DNA of 46,788 bases. Source: a virus. Lineage: Duplodnaviria; Heunggongvirae; Uroviricota; Caudoviricetes. A program made the position numbers and the translations under genes. The stretch lies in IMG/VR virus record IMGVR_UViG_2690315742_000007. The stretch is one strand, 5' to 3'. Shown piece after piece: positions 45,508 to 46,788 of this stretch. The stretch's first letter is position 1, and every line of letters starts with the position of its first letter. The notes beneath the pieces are model-generated. The model was not told the origin of the DNA and ran no database searches. It was given only the letters and a program-made list of their open reading frames with translations.

Positions 45508-46788
45508 ATGAAATATCCGACAGGCGTGGAAAACCATGGAGGGAAATTACGTATCTGGTTTGTTTATAAAGGCGTAAGAGTCAGGGAAAACCTGGGGGTT
45601 CCTGACACAGCAAAAAACAGGCGCGTTGCAGGTGAGCTACGCGCCTCTGTTTGTTACGCAATAAAAACTGGTGTTTTCGACTATGCAAAACAGTTTCCCT
45701 CCTCACGCAATCTGGAAAAATTTGGTGAGACTCGACAAGATTTAACCATAAAAGAACTGGCTGAAAAATTTCTGGCACTGAAAGAAACTGAAGTCGCAAA
45801 AACATCACTCAACACATACCGTGCCGTCATCAAAAATATCCTGAGCATAATCGGTGAAAAAAATCTTGCCTCATCGATTAATAAAGAAAAATTACTGGAG
45901 GTTCGTAAAGAGCTACTGACTGGATACCAGATCCCCAAAAGTAACTATATTGTTACACAACCAGGGAGATCGGCTGTAACTGTAAATAATTACATGACAA
46001 ATCTTAACGCCGTGTTCCAGTTTGGTGTTGATAACGGTTACCTGGCAGATAACCCGTTTAAGGGGATCTCGCCATTAAAGGAATCAAGAACCATTCCGGA
46101 TCCTCTTTCGCGGGAGGAATTCATCCGTCTTATCGATGCGTGCAGAAATCAGCAAGCCAAAAATTTATGGTGTGTTTCTGTTTATACTGGCGTTCGCCCT
46201 GGTGAGCTGTGTGCACTTGGATGGGAGGACATAGATCTGAAAAATGGAACAATGATGATCAGGAGAAATTTAGCAAAAGACCGTTTCACGGTACCAAAAA
46301 CACAGGCGGGAACCAATCGGGTCATTCATCTTATTAAGCCAGCAATCGACGCTCTCCGGAGTCAGATGACATTAACGAGACTGAGCAAAGAGCATATCAT
46401 TGATGTTCACCTCAGAGAGTATGGCAGAACAGAAAAACATAAATGCACCTTTGTTTTTCAACCTGAAGTGTCAGCGAGAGTAAAAAATTATGGTGACCAT
46501 TTTACCGTTGACTCAATAAGGCAGATGTGGGACGCAGCGATAAAACGTGCCGGACTCCGCCATCGAAAATCATATCAGTCGAGACATACTTATGCCTGCT
46601 GGTCGCTGACAGCTGGTGCTAACCCGGCATTTATAGCAAACCAGATGGGCCATGCAGATGCGCAAATGGTATTTCAGGTATACGGAAAATGGATGTCTGA
46701 AAACAATAATGCACAGGTAGCTTTGTTAAATACACAGTTAAGCGAGTTTGCCCCAACCATGCCCCATAACGAAGCAATGAAAAATTAA
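45508..46788 (+). CDS. intQ: Tyrosine site-specific integrase
   Basis: About 426 aa (track ORF starts at 45493); C-terminal catalytic region with R...HxxR...Y (SRHTYACWS ... GHADAQMVFQVYGKW). Stop codon is the last 3 nt of the window. Confidence 0.8.
   Translation: MKYPTGVENHGGKLRIWFVYKGVRVRENLGVPDTAKNRRVAGELRASVCYAIKTGVFDYAKQFPSSRNLEKFGETRQDLTIKELAEKFLALKETEVAKTSLNTYRAVIKNILSIIGEKNLASSINKEKLLEVRKELLTGYQIPKSNYIVTQPGRSAVTVNNYMTNLNAVFQFGVDNGYLADNPFKGISPLKESRTIPDPLSREEFIRLIDACRNQQAKNLWCVSVYTGVRPGELCALGWEDIDLKNGTMMIRRNLAKDRFTVPKTQAGTNRVIHLIKPAIDALRSQMTLTRLSKEHIIDVHLREYGRTEKHKCTFVFQPEVSARVKNYGDHFTVDSIRQMWDAAIKRAGLRHRKSYQSRHTYACWSLTAGANPAFIANQMGHADAQMVFQVYGKWMSENNNAQVALLNTQLSEFAPTMPHNEAMKN

Overview
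Apart from one host gene (ydfJ, an MFS transporter, 1..1284, minus strand), the whole window is a single lambdoid prophage that runs off the right edge just after its integrase. It looks like an intact relative of the defective E. coli K-12 Qin prophage. From low to high coordinate: ydfK and a PinQ-type serine recombinase; a phage-lambda-like morphogenesis block on the minus strand (tfa, stf, lom, J, I, K, L, M, H, G/T, V, U, Z, FII, FI, E, D, C/Nu3, B, W, A, Nu1) ending at a recognisable cos site (cosN near 26598..26609); Qin-type cargo (ynfO, ydfO, gnsB, ynfN, cspI); a phage-21-type lysis cassette (Rz/Rz1, SAR endolysin, ydfR, holin); cspB/cspF; antiterminator quuQ; ydfU, rem, hokD, relBE; flxA; an inserted rve/DDE transposase; and the dicC/dicA immunity region with the ydfABC-dicF-dicB-ydfD-ydfE operon, an excisionase-like gene and a tyrosine integrase. 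I did not find a clearly new multi-gene system. The observations I rate highest are: no recognisable replication module despite a complete packaging, head, tail and lysis set; a 1-nt homopolymer frameshift splitting tail gene Z; a J protein whose C-terminal receptor-binding part differs from lambda; a full-length 823-aa YdfE-like protein with a C-terminal DEDDh-type exonuclease domain; and a decayed, transposase-disrupted region next to an intact dicC/YdaT-like pair. All identifications are from reading the sequence and the ORF translations against remembered protein families; no database search or computation was run. Coordinates not taken from the ORF track are approximate to a few nt.
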